A stretch of DNA of 64,000 nucleotides from Perkinsus chesapeaki ATCC PRA-425 (Eukaryota; Protista; Perkinsozoa). This document shows positions 49,259 to 63,341 of this stretch, one piece after another (the stretch's first letter is position 1; the number at the start of each line of letters is the position of its first letter). Location of the stretch: NCBI GenBank assembly GCA_013115145.1, contig JAAPAO010000012.1, positions 62,001 to 126,000 of the forward strand. The letters run 5' to 3'. A program made the translations under genes and the position numbers. A model generated the notes under the pieces. The model saw nothing but the letters and a program-made list of their open reading frames with translations. It was not told the origin of the DNA and made no database searches.

Positions 49259-51390
49259 TCATCTGCCTGATCTCGGCCTGGCCCTTTGGGCTGCCTGGGA
49301 CCGTTGTAGTGTACCAGCTCGAGAGAGCAACTTAATCCGCTGGGTCAGATTGGTGTACTCAGAATGGAGGTCCTCCACTTGCAGCCGTCCTGAGATATCC
49401 GGACTCCACGGAGACAGTAAGTAGACTTACTCTGTGCATGGATTTCCCGCAACATGGCCAGTATCTCGATCTTCTTGCAAAGGACCGCGAATCTGCACAA
49501 GCCGTACAGCGTTAGCAACACAGACTGTGGAGCTTACAGTCGGCAGGTCCTTGGTGTTCGACACTGTGGTTGTAACTGGCGGAAACCCATACCAGACAGA
49601 ACTGCGTTGATCTCGCTCTGAATGCACTTCGCCGCACTGTCCTGTTGCTTGTTCTGCCCCGAGCGCGGATTCTGGAAGACAGGATTGCCCGGAGAGAAAA
49701 GCCATGTCCCGCGGCGCTCACTCCGTTGACGAGAGATCCTCCTTGTCCCATTAGCACGTGATAGTGGAGTGGATGTCGGATATTCGCAGCTGAAAAATAT
49801 CGATAGCATTTAGTGGCACTATGGCATGCCGATGCCCAGGACGCTCCAGGTAAGGTACGTACTGGAAAGGCTGGCACCGATAACCGGCGGAGGAAACAGG
49901 GAGCAACTTCTAGCTGCTCGAACTTCCGAAGGATCCGCCTGAGTAAAAGGAGATGCTGTCGAAAATGCCAAGTGACAATCATCGACAGCCATGTGATACT
50001 CCGGCCGCAGCCAAGGATCGCCGTCGCCCACCTTCATCTCCCTCTTTCGCTTCTTCCGTGATTTGGTAACGTGCTCACCCTTCACAGTGTCGACAAATTC
50101 ACCGTACTTGCTAGTCTGAAAAGTTGATATCTCAAAATAGATCGCCCGGCTACCTTACCACAGGTATCTGACATGCTCGCAGTAGATTCCGAAAGTTGAG
50201 CCGGAAATGCAAACGTGAGCCCTCGTCGAGACTTAGTTGCTTCTCCAGTATTATCCGCCGATTATCATCGTACTCCTTATGGTACCTATCACAACTATAG
50301 TTCGAAGAGTATGGAGCGGAATTGCTCACTTTGTGGCCAGAATAGAGCACGACTTCTGCTGGGCATCGTTGACCGCGTGGATGCCGTCTTTTCTCTCAAC
50401 GGAGAGTAAGTGGACGAGCATGAGGTACATCAAACTCTTTAGAAAACGTTCTCGGCATGGACCTGCCAAAGCAAAATACTGCAAGTGTCGAGAGCGCCCT
50501 CCACTGACAGTGACTTGTCTTCAAATCCGAGTCGCAACGGGTGATCCAACGGTCCACTATGACCGGCCATCGTTCATAACCACCGTAGGTCTTTGCCGCC
50601 TCGAGGAGATACTGACACTCCTCCTGGGTATACACTGGCTTCGAGGTGGTAGCGCTGCTCGAACATGTACCTGACGCGGGGCGGCAGACTGGCAGTTCGC
50701 AGGGCATAATGCACCGATTGCGCGAAACACTCGTTTGTGATTTCCCGAGCTACAGAACTGGCTCGCTTTTTAGCCAATCCGAAAGGAAAGCGGAGCTGGT
50801 AGCTTTCCGTACATTTGAAACGCCTATCGGTCTCCTCCTTAATCTTCACCCATGTCCTCTGATCCAGAGTAGCAGGCACGAGGCCCTCTTCGCCCTGGAA
50901 CGTCCTGGCATACTTCGGAGGCAGATCTGTCGTGAGGGAGGTGCTCGGCCGAGCCTCGACGCCGTCAGCTTGCTGCTGCTGGTTCTCCTCCTCATCGGGA
51001 ACCTTCTCCCAGTGATAAAGTGTGAGCCCACTGGGCTGGAGCTGAAACAATTCCTCGGGCAGCCCAGAGCGGCCGGGCTATCTCACCACTGGTCTCCGGC
51101 GCCATCGGGGTCTGCTCTTGCACGCCAGCCCAGCCTTCACCGGTTCATCGACTGTGATGCCTAGATTGCAACTATGGATTCCCGACGGGCACTGGGCTGC
51201 TCACCAATGGGGAATAGTCGAGCCGGTCGAAACCTGTCCGACTCGAACAGGCTCTGGTCCGTGTCCACCGTGGAGGGCGGCGGCGACGGAGTTGTGGTTC
51301 TATCGCTGAAAACAACAGTCACGGTTTGGAGGACGGGAAGTAGAGGACCCACTCTTCATCTCGCACCTCCGACTTTGCCTCGGTGGACAT
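49259..51390 (-). CDS. DMAP1: DMAP1 / Swc4 (NuA4-SWR1 subunit)-like; start uncertain
   Basis: LTLYHWEK; SANT-like YTQEECQYLLEAAKTYGGYERWPVIVDRW; YHKEYDDNRRIILEKQL; C-terminal coiled coil ending ..RPRSGR*. Confidence 0.7.
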
Positions 51391-51626
51391 TTGGCACAAC
51401 CCTAGTGACTTCCCATAGTTACCAAACCGATGTCATTCGAACGAGACGCGCACGGTGATCAAGAAAAGTGTGAATGCAATAGTGATTACTGACAGTACTA
51501 TTAAAGGGAGAATATCCGCAAGCCGCGACTCCAAAAGGGCTCTTGGCTCGGCAGGGCCCGAGTCGGCTTGACACTAGAAGAAAAAATCTGAGCATATAAA
51601 AGATTACATAAAGCGAGTAGCGACGC

Positions 51627-54600
51627 TCAGAAATCAAGCAGAGTATCTCTGCCGCTGGCGACGAGTAGAACTCTCTGGAGACCTTGCGTGAGGCAATCGC
51701 AATACCTGAGAGAAGGGGTAGTCTTACGACAGTCACGCGCCCCAGATAGATCGATGAGCAGCTTACGCAGTGAATGCTTCGCAATCATCATCTGTTTCGA
51801 CCGACCAAATGCTGGGCATGTTCATCAGCACCAGGGAGCTATCGGAGGACCTGAGGCGACAACTCAGTATAGGGTACTGGTGGCGGAGGAAGCTCACCTT
51901 GACAGGATTATCTGATTGAGAGTGTAGAAGTAATGCTCGCAGTCGTCATGACTCGTCGGCGACTCTCGCGGGCTCTCTTCTTGGCTGCCGGCCGTCGGGG
52001 ACTCTCCAGAGCTCTCCTCTACTGGAACCTGTCCAAATCGAGAGTGAGGTGCCACCAGTAGGAAAAGGTGGCAACGAAACATTCTCGTGATAAAGGACAA
52101 AAAGGGAGATAGTAGGAAACGGCCAACTGCCTTACCATAGGAGGACTCTCGAGCTCCGCAGTAGGGCTGTGCACCGTTGAGGCATTCTTGCTGTCGATCG
52201 GATGTGGCACGAAGTTGCTGGACGGAGGCAGATCGTAGTGCGGGGCTCCAGCACTGGCCTGGGGCGGCTGCAGGTACATCTGGCTCTGGAGCCTGTTGAA
52301 GCTGGGCTGGCCAGTCTTATGAGCCATCAGCCTGCTAGGGGCATGAGAGGTACCGTCGAAGGCAGACGAGGGAACTGGCGTAGGGCCAACCATACCTGTA
52401 AGGGGGGCAGAGGCGGCAAGGCGTGGAAGAGGTAATTATTACTCGGCAATCTAGATCCAGGTAGTAGCGGATCAAGCAACGGTCCTGCAGAATGGGTTCG
52501 ATATACTCTCCCTCAGAAGGCTCACCTGATGCGCGTCGATCGTCGCTCGAGCAAGTGTTTTCGAACATAGCAGGGTTTGCCATCATAGAGGACGGTCCGA
52601 CCATTGAGGGGCTGTTGTGGTCGTAGGCTGAAAGGAAGCAAATAACGTAGCAAACGACCATGGCGATAAGCCCCTCACCTCCGGCGTTCTCCATAACTGC
52701 CCTCTTGTTGAGCACACGACTGCCAACGCTCCTAAGGAGCTGCTTCTCGCGGTCAGGGCTGATCGATACTAGGAGACACACGTGATAGGAGATAGCAACA
52801 ACAACAACGCTGCCATACCTCCCTGGGCTCTTAACGACTCTGCAATTTTACGGCGCAGCTCCGCCTCATCGATAGAGCCAATACTATTATAGACTTGGCT
52901 GCGACGCCGACCGTCCTCGGTGTACACCGCTGGGCCCTCACTGAAAAAATGATAATGAAGTAGGATAGTAAGACGGGGCTGTGGTTACGCATAGCTGGCA
53001 GACTCGAGACTGGACGCCGATGATCTTCTGTGGGGCGGCTGAGCTACATCAGGCTGATGGCTGTCCTCGCTTGGCTTGGTCGGGGGTAGCCTCTGCGCAT
53101 CTTGGATGTTGATGACAGGCAGGTCATGCCGGTCGTTGCCAGCTGGTTGTGTTACATCAATCTAAGCAAATATACACTACCCCCGTAAACGGGAGAGCAG
53201 CAGTAACCTACGAGCATCGGCTCAGTGTTCTCTCCATTGGCCGATCTCGGCTCTGGTTTTTCTGCCAGCTCATCGAGCGAGTTCTTGCTGTCTTTCGACG
53301 CCTCTAGTTGAGGGTCTTGCTCCTCGTAGGCATCGTTGCCACTAATGTCGGGGAAGAGGTCATCAAGCTGGCTTGGCAGGACGTTCTTCTTAGTGTGCGC
53401 CTTGTGGAGCTGACAGCAGCTCCGATCTACTGGTCACCTTCCCCACAACAGCCCACCGTTGGCTGGAACTGCGCCCTTTCCTCGTAACGAAGAGTCCAAT
53501 CGTAGGTGTACGGCTCGATCATTTTGTCATCGAGAACGACAACCTCCACCTCGACCGTCTGGAATAGCCTCTTCCGCCTCAGAGTGTTCTCTAATTTCTG
53601 TCCCGCGGCAGCTGCCTGCTCTGCCGTTATCTCCTCCATTATAACAAATATGCGAACCTAAGCCGCGCATGATGACAATGTAGAGAGCATCCATTACAGC
53701 AGCTTACTCGACTCGTTTTCCAGACCCAATCCTCATGAGTGGTGAAGAGCCACGCTAGAAGGGCCAACAGGCCGCCATCGTGAATGATCCACCAGACATC
53801 CACAACCTAACAGGCTGGTGAAGATATCTCGATGCCCTTCAGCTCACCTTAGAGTGCTCCTTGTAGGAGGGGTTCTCGAAGTAATCGAGGAAGCACTGAG
53901 AGAGGGAGTGAGTCGAGTCACCCTTCACGCAGATGACAGCCTTCTGTTCTATACGGCACACTTCCAACGTCTTCACCTGCACGAGAACGCGTCACAGCCA
54001 AACGCATGCGGGAACCGCTCACAAATTCGACAGCGGCGTTGGCACCGAGATCTCCGCCATCCGCCTTTTCCGGCCAGGCCAGGATGACCTACGAAGGGAC
54101 GGCGTGAACAGAATGCTTCTCGGAGGCAATTACGGTATTCGGTCGAAGGCCTCCTAGACCGGTGATGGTTACCGCGCTGGATGCGCCCTCGTACATGGAA
54201 GGGCTCGGTATGACGGAAGCGAAACCCGCCAGCTTGCCTAGGAAACAGATAGGAAAATGCTATACGCGCCTGTCGTACGTTGAGTGAGCTTGTGCTCTAA
54301 AAGAGCAGCTTCGGCCGACCTGGCCTCTTGCAGATGCTGGAAGGGGCATGAGACACACCGGCTGGCTCTGGGCTTACCCTGTCAGTCCTGTCACCGACTT
54401 CGATGGCTGCCACGACGCACATACCGTTGCTAACGCCTCGGATCTGGCTGCAGATGCCCAAGAGCACGTCACCCTGCCTGAGATGGACGGAATCCACATT
54501 GGCATGGGGCAAGCCTTGAGGCTTACCCCTCCCTGCCAGCCTGGTAGATGACCAGCGGCTGCGGACGCCAATTGACTCTACGGCTCTGTTCGTTGCCTTT

Positions 54601-56930
54601 AGCAAGCAAGGTCTGCAAGGCGAGGTTGTATCTGAAGGAGATGTACAGCTGTCATGAAGGGAAGATCAGCCGCTCACCTGATACCATCGATACCGGAGCC
54701 CCAAGCCGCCTGCTCGTTAACGTAGTCGGTGTAAAGGTAGACGGCAATACAAATGGCAAAGACAACCAAAGCGAATACAACATGGACGGTCAGCATCATG
54801 CCACAGCAGGCGATGAACCCTAGGAGGCTTGAGGTAATATACCATGCTCTGCCGTAGGTGGTATGGATACCCTCCGGCCGCCAGCTGACCGACCTCAGCA
54901 CGGTCTGAAGGAAGAGTATCGGAGAGGACAGGAGAAGTGGCGTGTCTTACCTGGACCAGACAACTGAGGTTGATGCAGGCGTAACAGAGCAGGAAGCACA
55001 TAGTCAGCAGCGGAGCGATGCTGTCCAAGGAGGAGCCAAGGATGCCCAAAGCCAGACATGCAGGAATCATTGTAACAAGCAGCGCTCGGTGGGGCTCCTG
55101 GGAGGAATTTACCACCAGAGATGGACGGTGAGAGGCTACCTGGGATTTCCCGCTGAGGACAGCGATGGGCCTGAGCGGTGGCAGAAGGTTATCGGATGCT
55201 ATCGAGTAGAGGAGCCTTGGAGCGACAACCTGACGACAACTACCAAGTGAAGGGCAGCTGAATTTAAAAACAGTGTAACCGCGTTCACTTAAGAGTCAAG
55301 CACCAGTGGAGATACACCGCTAGGAATGGCGGTTAGATTCTCGCGGCCGAAGCTGGAAAGGAACCCTTTCTTACAAGGCACTGAAGACTCTGCGATAGGG
55401 AAGATATCATGACCCCAACAAATACAACAGGGGCGTTGGGAAGTAAAATGCGGTACAATAAACCATTCTCCATGGCACCTGACAGAAAGCCATATCCGCG
55501 TCACGGCGTCACAGCGGCCATACCCCTCAGTGTGCCGGCGTCCGCCACAGCAGCCCAAAGCACCATAAAGAGAGCGTACATCACCAAAGAGAAAGTGATG
55601 GCTCCGAAGGTTCCCCGCTTCAGGTTCACCGGAGGATTTTTCAACACGTCGGTGCGATTGGCGCCAGACAGGATCCCTGTGAAGCACGGGAAGAAGAGCG
55701 ACAGCATCGAATTGAAACTGGTGCCGTCAGTGTACTGTGGCCAGAGATTTCCGTGTACGTAGTTCGAACCGGTGGTGAACACTGGGACAGCTAATGAGAC
55801 AAAGAAGGCCACCACGGTGGCCAGCACGGTGACGATGAAGATGACCGCCAGCTTGGAGACAGCATCGATACCGCCGATAAAAACCGTGAGGAATTGCACG
55901 AACAGGAGGGCAAACGACAGAGGTAGAGGTGTCAGAAACGGTGATAGCCAAGATAGGGATTGCGGCAGTAGGACAGCCCCTGCCGACGTCTTGGGCAATA
56001 GCATTAGGAGGGTGTCGATGGCACCAACAGACTCCATGACAGCGAGAAGGAGGCCACCCAACCAGTAGGCAATGCCAATCGAGACGCCTGGGTAAGCGCC
56101 GATGGTACCTATAAAAGCAAGGGTTACTCACACAAGAAGATGAGTTAAAGTCCCATGCGGAGATAGTAGGTGCAGGAGGACGTGACAGAAAGTATGTAAT
56201 ATATATCTAATCAATATATAATATATATAGGACTCCTTGACGAAGACCAGATAGTATTATTCCCGACAAAGATTCCTCTAGGTTTCTTTGATGCCCTGGG
56301 CAACTTACGTGATATCATATAGTACGGTCCACCCTCGGAGGCAATACCACCGCTGCTGGCCATAGCTGACATACACGCGGTTGTACCTGATTAAGCTGGG
56401 TTGATCTCGAGAAGGCCGACTGTTCCTTACAGAAGGCAACAACGAAACTGCACAGGACAATCAAGAGGGAATGAAAGAGACCAGCGTTGCCGACGATAAT
56501 GAAGAAACGCAGAAAGATAAGAACCTAAAGGGGACCAGGTCGATGAGACTGAGACGCACCACAGTGGAGATGAACTCACCCCCCACATGTTCTCGCAAGT
56601 GGGGACGAACACACCAGAGAAGGATCCTAAGAGTGGCGATGGCAGGCGGAGCGAAGCGATGCGGCTTACCTCTTTTCTTCTTGGCAGGCCTGGTCTGGTT
56701 GGTGGAGCTGCTCCCTCCCAAATGGTTCCCACCGTCGTCGTCGGACTCCAGCAGCTTATACGCCTGACAAACTAAACGTCGACAACGGCTCGGCCTCTCG
56801 CCGCTACTCTCGATGCGTTGGAGCGCATGGTGAAGTTGTTGGCTGCGCCGGGTCCGCCCGATAAGAGGCGCTCACGGAGACCGGGGTGCGCGCCGTCTAC
56901 TGTTCCGGAGCCTACAGACTCGTAGGGCAT
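51627..56930 (-). CDS. Cation-chloride cotransporter (SLC12/KCC-like)
   Basis: FSGVFVPTCENMWGV; SLFFPCFTGILSGANRTDVLKNP; C-terminal domain VVDVWWIIHDGGLL, VRIFV..EVEVVVLDDKMIEPYTYDWTL, and terminal LNQIILSRSSDSSLVLMNMP..LTQGLQRVLLVASG..DF*. Confidence 0.9.
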
Positions 56931-57029
56931 GACAAGAGATAAACAAGCCAGTCACTGAGAGACGCTCTCGCAAAGAACCAAACGCAAGGCAGACTTCTTA
57001 AGCACACCAAGTTGACAGCATAAGGAAGG

Positions 57030-60000
57030 CTAGTCCCATGACAGTATGTTCCTAACTGATGACCTATTCCGATGCTGCCTCATCGCATCGTTGTAAGCTC
57101 GACCTCTGGTGACCTCGGGAGACCCAGCAGGGGCGATCTTACCGACCCCAAGAGGATCTTCGGGATCGACATTGGTCTCGGCATCAAGCCAGGCGCATCT
57201 AGCCACGCCGGTAGGCTGGCCGCCGCGTGTCCTCGGCACCACCTTCCATTGAATCACACAATGGTCGCCCCCTCCAATAGAGACCAAAGTGTTCATCGGA
57301 CTGAACCGCACCTGAGCAGGAAGCCATGCCATCTCGGGCGGCATCCGGCGCCCTACATTAGTGACGTGGCTAGCATGGCCGCTGTAGGCTGCTGCACGAG
57401 CGTTCAAATAGGGGGAAGGAAATCTCAGAAGCTTAACTTTGCCGTTGTCATCACCCAGGGCCAGGAGGGTGGGGTTCTTGCCGGACGACTGGTGCACCGC
57501 ATTAACGTCGGTCTGGTCGTACTCCGGATCTGCCCAGACGCCTATGACCGGCCAGCCCAGCACACAGGACCAGTTATCTTGCCATTTGGCGTCTCTGAAC
57601 CTGAGCGGCGATGGGCCTCGGTCGGCATACCGGGGATGACTACATGCTGCTGGAGGTCATACGGGCGCCGTCTCTGGTTCGCCAGTAGAGGATCTGTGTG
57701 TCCTTGCTGTTGCTCATAACCACGGAGCCGTCCTTGGTGAACATGACATTCAGTGGTGAGGAGGAATTGCCTCTCAGTGTGGCATGCAATGATACGTTGA
57801 TGCCCTTCACAGCCTGAGAGTAAGCGAAACGAATGTCGGAGCGGCGTGTACAGAAAGCAGCAGTCGTTGATAATCATTCGCAGTGGCGTCCAGCAATGCG
57901 TTGCACTCTGGACAGTATGGCCAGCCACATGCTGCAAATCGACCAAGCGGCGCTCTCTGCGCTACACACTGCGATTAACGCAGCGCCAGTTTGGCACTTG
58001 AGTGAGCGTATAGTGCGAGTGGTCGCTAGTACCACGGTGGGAGAGTGTGGTTCCACCGACCGCGGTCGGCGGGTCGGTGCTGCGTGTGGTCCCAGCGATT
58101 GTCGGTAATGATCCCCTTACTACTTTATCATTAACATCGACCCTCACTGTGACACCGTAGTCAATTCGGAGAAGATAGACCTTCTGATCCCAGCAAGCCG
58201 CTGCCAACCACTGGCCGTTGTCGGCGAAACGAATGTCGCATATCCTCTCCCGAGTGGCAGACAGCCTGTGGGCATAGACCTGATCGCGAAAGTGTAGCAG
58301 ATGAGCCCGCAAGCTCCGAGCTACCTGCGTGAGGCTCGGAAAGTGCAGGACAGTGAGAAGGCCTTCACCTTGGCCGATGGCGAGCAGGTCACCTTGGGCG
58401 TTGAAAGCGAGCGAGTACACTGCTTCGGCGCATGAAACAACCTATGAAGGATCCACGGCTGTCAGCAGGCAATTCGTCTTCATTAAGCAATGACGTAAGA
58501 TACGCGGCAGGTATCCACCAGATAGTAGTCGCGATCACTTAACGAGTGGCGGTAATACGAGATAAGCGAAGATTCGGAGTACCGTCTCCGAGTACTGGAC
58601 AGACTTCCTCCACCAATAGAGTAGGTGCATACCGCACACTGAATTGGATACCCTCACTCAGCTACAGTTATCACTTTCATAAGAAAGCGGGAGGGTGAAC
58701 GATATGAAAGTAACGAGCAAGGCTTACCTTGCCAACCAGTGGGGCCCTCTCGGAGGTATTCCAGAACCTAACGTCACGATTGGTGCCACCAGTAGCACAC
58801 AGTGCATGTGTCGGATGGTGGGCCAGGCCCCACATCTCTCCACCGTGCCCAACCTGAACCATCATTGACAAAACGCTAAAACATACATCGGCAGCACCTG
58901 CACGACCGATAGGATCGCTCGCTGGGTGACGTCGAAGTGGAGCAAGCTGTGTCCGGCAGTGCCCAGCACGGCAGTTGTCCGCTGACCGCCACAAGCAACT
59001 GAGATGCTGTTGAATCTAGCCCCACCGCTAGTATCTGAATCAGAGGACTCCATGGGGATGAGGGAGCTGCTTACCACCGATTGCCATAAGCCTCTTGACC
59101 TCTCCAGTCCGACCAGCAAGCTCCTGGATCCCGTGCTTCCATAGAACCTTCAACCGCCCGCCCTCGAGGGCAAGCAGCGCTATCTCACCGCCGTATGTTG
59201 CGGCCAGGATGGTCCCATCGGGTAGGCCAGCAGCGCAGCCGACCTTCTTCGTGCCAAGCGACACTGCCTGGGTGGCGACGCCGTTTTGAAGGAGGTAGAG
59301 GTAACCGTTACAGGCGCACAGAAACGATATCTCCCCAGCGAAACCGCAGCACTGGGGTTGCTTGCTGGCCGGTGTCTTGCCAAAGGTGCCTCGCTTGCAG
59401 GCAATCTCCCCCGTCTCGCCGTCAACCTTCCAGAACTTGTAGTGACCCTCGCCCACCGATAGCAGTAAAGAGCTATCACAGGCGGAGAGAGCATAGGTGG
59501 GGCTGCGGCCGCTGCTCATGGTGAACAGCGGCGCCGTTAAGCGAACTGGCTTCGATGGTTGGCCGTCTGCTCCGCGGCCGGCCGAGCGACGCGGCAATCG
59601 GCCCCACACAGCCACCATGTTAGCCTCGTCTGTGCCAACGCTGACGAGCATGCTGCCACCGTGGACGAACGATAACGCACTGACGCTCCTCTGGTGGTAG
59701 TGTAGCTGAGCCAGAGTCACTGAAGGCTTGCTCGGGGACCAAAGACATATAAAGGGCCCCTCGATGCCCTTGGGATCCTGCTGCCCGCTAGCAGCCATAT
59801 CAGCTTCGCTGGAGTAGTCCAAGCACAGCACGTCCGCTGAGTGCCCCTCGAAGTAGCGTTGGGAAGCGTCCTCCAAGGAATGCATGACGACCATAGCACC
59901 GAGTGGGTACATGGCAGTTCGCCCGTCATCGATAAGCCGAAGCGAGCCTCGAAGGTCACCGTTGTAGCCGTAGACCGCCTCCTTCACCAGCTCCCAGTCA

Positions 60001-60269
60001 GGCAGCTGGGCCAGCTTCGGCTCGGGATGCCACTCGGTGGGCGGGAATACCAGACCGTAGCTGCGACCAAACACTACGCGCATAGAACCGTCAGGGCCTT
60101 GCTGAGCGAGCTCGGGAATCAATGGCGGATCAGCCGTCGTCGGCGCCGGCGCCGGCTTCGGAGGAAACTTAGGGACTGCTACGGACCTCCGACCACCTGT
60201 TTCCCGCTGCCTTGTGGAAGGTCTGTCGAAAAGCAAACTCATTCTACGAAGGGGAGCTGGAGGCCCCAT
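57030..60269 (-). CDS. EML/EMAP-like WD40 protein with HELP motif
   Basis: HELP-like LVKEAVYGYNGDLRG..QRYFEGHSADVLCL; C-terminal LGWPVIGVW..TDVNAVHQS..LGDDNGKVKLLRFP..YSGHASHVTNV..SIGGGDHCVIQWK. Confidence 0.88.
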
Positions 60270-60447
60270 TGAAAACCCAATGCACTGGAGCGACTAGACA
60301 AATGCTTCAAGAAATCCGAGAGGCTCCCATGACAGGAGGAAGCATGCTCCACTGTGTTACACATCAACTTGAAAGGATAATAATCGAGGTATCTACTCTG
60401 CCGTAGTAGTAGCAGGGTTCATCATAACACTTTTAAATGATATAATC

Positions 60448-61788
60448 TCACTCTTCCTTGTCACCGCGCTGCTCTCTGATGGCTTCACGGGCATGGCCGG
60501 CATTGGAGGCACCAAAGGTGTTAGCAAGCAGCGTCTCCTTATCAAACTCGGACACCTTCATAAAACGCTTCATGTCGACCTTCCTCGAATCCTCCTTCGC
60601 CTGCCTTTCCCTCTCAACCTCTTCAGCACGCATCTTCAACGCATTAGGTCCACCGCCACCGAGCACTGCAATATCGCAAATGTCGGAGTCCCTCATGCTG
60701 TCCGTATCCTCCTCGTCATCTCCAACAGCGCTCAGTATCTGTCCCGCGTCGTAGGTAGCATCATAGTCCATCACACTAGCCTTATTAAGGTCCTCGTTGA
60801 TCCACACACGGCAGTCACCTTCGCCGCCGCTCCTCCCACCGAAGCCGAGGCCCTTCGCTCTGACCTTGTTCCTGGCGTTCAGATAAACGTAGTTATCAGC
60901 GCTCGAGCGTGTGCGGCCTCGAATGACTCTGATCTCTGGCTCTAGCTGGAACAGCGTCGTCGTTACAGCGATCTTGTTGAAGAGGTCGTAGCCGTTGGTC
61001 GCTGCGTTATCAGGCACAATGGTGTCTTTGGACCAGTCCAAGGCGCTCCCAGTGGCTGCCCCCCAAACACGTCCCTTGGTGTCCTTTATAATAAGCGCAG
61101 TCGGGCCGGGATAGTGACCAGAGTTGCTCATGAGCCTCTGTAGTGAACGGCCGTGAGTGGAGCTCCAGTAAAGCGTGCTCAGTGGGGGAACGAGATCAGG
61201 ATATATGATCCTCAGCAGCAAGACGTGGTACTCTTTGACGAAGGACGGCGGGTTGGCCTCACTGCCGCCTGAAATGCTCATTCGGCGCTTGTTCATGCGA
61301 AGAGCGCATCTGAGCGACTCGTTGAAGACCGAACCAATGCCAGGCAGCATGGTCTGGAACTCGTGACCGAACACTGCCGAGTTCTCGGCAATCTTGATGT
61401 CTCGAGGAGGCTCGTTGGGATCGATCGATGCGACAACGAACTGGAGAACAGCGTGGGGTGTCCCAAACGCTTGGATTAGCGAGGCCCAGTCCGAACGATT
61501 GGCCAAGAGCTCCGCAGCGTCCTGGACCATCTCCTCGACCTTTGCTGACTTCTTACCACCGCCTGTGATGAAGTCGAAGAGTGCGGGCGCGAATGGCTTG
61601 TAGGCGATGAACAACTGGTTGCTGAAGGACTCCGGCGTGACATGACCGTTGCTCTCAGCAGACTTGAAGAAGCTCTGTAGGAGGCTCATATCCGTATCAG
61701 GCAGGGCGTGACTACTGTTTCGACGCGTGCTTGCAGCCGCTGCTGCTGCATGAGCGGCAGACGACTCAGTTGATGCTTTATTTCCCAT
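60448..61788 (-). CDS. TLDc-domain protein (MEAK7/TLDC1-like), putatively N-myristoylated
   Basis: Intronless 446-aa ORF starting MGNKAS. TLDc motifs LYWSSTHGRSLQRL..GPTALIIKDTKGRVWG, TLFQLEP, NYVYLN..GLGFGG. Confidence 0.85.
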   Translation of the reverse strand: MGNKASTESSAAHAAAAAASTRRNSSHALPDTDMSLLQSFFKSAESNGHVTPESFSNQLFIAYKPFAPALFDFITGGGKKSAKVEEMVQDAAELLANRSDWASLIQAFGTPHAVLQFVVASIDPNEPPRDIKIAENSAVFGHEFQTMLPGIGSVFNESLRCALRMNKRRMSISGGSEANPPSFVKEYHVLLLRIIYPDLVPPLSTLYWSSTHGRSLQRLMSNSGHYPGPTALIIKDTKGRVWGAATGSALDWSKDTIVPDNAATNGYDLFNKIAVTTTLFQLEPEIRVIRGRTRSSADNYVYLNARNKVRAKGLGFGGRSGGEGDCRVWINEDLNKASVMDYDATYDAGQILSAVGDDEEDTDSMRDSDICDIAVLGGGGPNALKMRAEEVERERQAKEDSRKVDMKRFMKVSEFDKETLLANTFGASNAGHAREAIREQRGDKEE

Positions 61789-62232
61789 AGTGACAAATGG
61801 CTTAACCTAGAGGGAAATAATGTCACGCGCACAGAGCTAAGCTCAGCGACGAACGCGATCGCCTAGGAACACGAGAATTCGAGGAAGTCTTTCAGAGCGC
61901 CCAGGAACTTGAAGAGAGAAGAAGACATCCACTGGGAACGAAAGTAACATCTACTCGGTTAACCGTGCAGGAACGGAAACCCAAGTTACACTGTCTAGCA
62001 GACAACCAACACAATCGCTGTCCCCCTCGACCACAGCCTGCAAACTAACGAGAATCGCACGCCTCTTGCCGAACAGAATCCACCACGAACCGGTAATCCA
62101 CCAGGGCCACGCAACACCACGAAGCTAACAGAGCAGCTGCCACTACTTATGTAGACGACAACCGCCGAACTCGGGTATAATATAATGTTATAGTGCAAGT
62201 TATTCAACATCAAAGTCAGCAGCAGCCTCTTG

Positions 62233-63171
62233 CTAGCCTTCTGCGGCAGCGTCGTGCCCAATCTCGGCACTCGAACCAGCGGGCTGAGAACAAGTGTCGC
62301 TGAATGCTTGTTGTATGGGCGTTACTTCGGCATCTGTTTTCGCCGGGCTCTGAATTGGCTTGTCGGTCTCATCGTCAACTTTACGCCTCTTATTCTCCCT
62401 CTCGCTCTCCTGCGCAGCGCCACCGTCGTTCTCCTTGGACTCTGCTTCTTGAGTATCATCAACCGGCGCAGCAGCACTCGATGACGACGAAGCTGCTCCC
62501 TCCTACAGGCAGATCATATTTACCCAAGCACAGCGCGAGACCTTACCTCCTCCACATTTTGCTGTTGTTGCTCCTCCTCAACTCGGCGTCGCTCTCGTGC
62601 AGCCTCAGCCAGGGCCGCCAGCCATCGTTGATACTGTCGCAGTTGCTCATGGTATTGTAGCTCCACCAGTTGCCGAGCCTCTCGTGGCGTTAAATTCCGC
62701 TTTATATCCGACGGGCTCGGCTTGTCGACTGGCATGTCAGCCATCAAAGGCTGAGCCGACGGCGGCAGTACGGCGGCTGAGAGGACGTCCCTTTCAATCG
62801 CCGAGGAGCCGAACACGCCTACCTTGAGGCTGCGAGCCAGTGTATTCCCGAAGGCCGTCAGCTTGCGGTTGCAGCGTTCCCTGCTTTCTTGCCTCTGGAT
62901 CGTTATCCACCGGGACATCGGGGATTGCGGGGCCTAAGAGGCATTTCCGAAAGGCCGTGCGCAATCTCGACTCACCATCCGCTTTGTCGTCGGCCATGGT
63001 TTGATCGCCTTTGCCGCTGTCACCCATCTCCATGTTGTCGGTTTTGGTGGGGTCGCCCGAGGCTGGCGCGGTTTGTGGTTCCTCTTTCTCAGCATCCCCG
63101 GGGTCCTCTTTTTTCAGAGCTGCCACCTTAGCACGAGTCATCATACCGGCCGTCGAGGAGACCTCAGACAT
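62233..63171 (-). CDS. Hypothetical acidic / coiled-coil protein
   Basis: Exons 63171-~62930 and 62918-~62540 plus a terminal exon ending DAAAEG* join through GT..AG introns. Confidence 0.6.
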
Positions 63172-63341
63172 GCCGATTCAGCGGAGGAGGTTTCAAAGCT
63201 ACACAGGGGGGGGCGTGGAACGCTGGTCGCGGGTGAACTCAACATACGGGGCAAGCTGAAACCAGGACAGATAAAAAGACATCAAAAACTTTCATGTGTG
63301 AGGGTAAAAAATCGGCCACCACAGTGGCGTACCACAACTGC

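Noticed and set aside
56197-56229. AT-rich (TA)n-like run in an SLC12 intron
   Set aside because: Ordinary short microsatellite.
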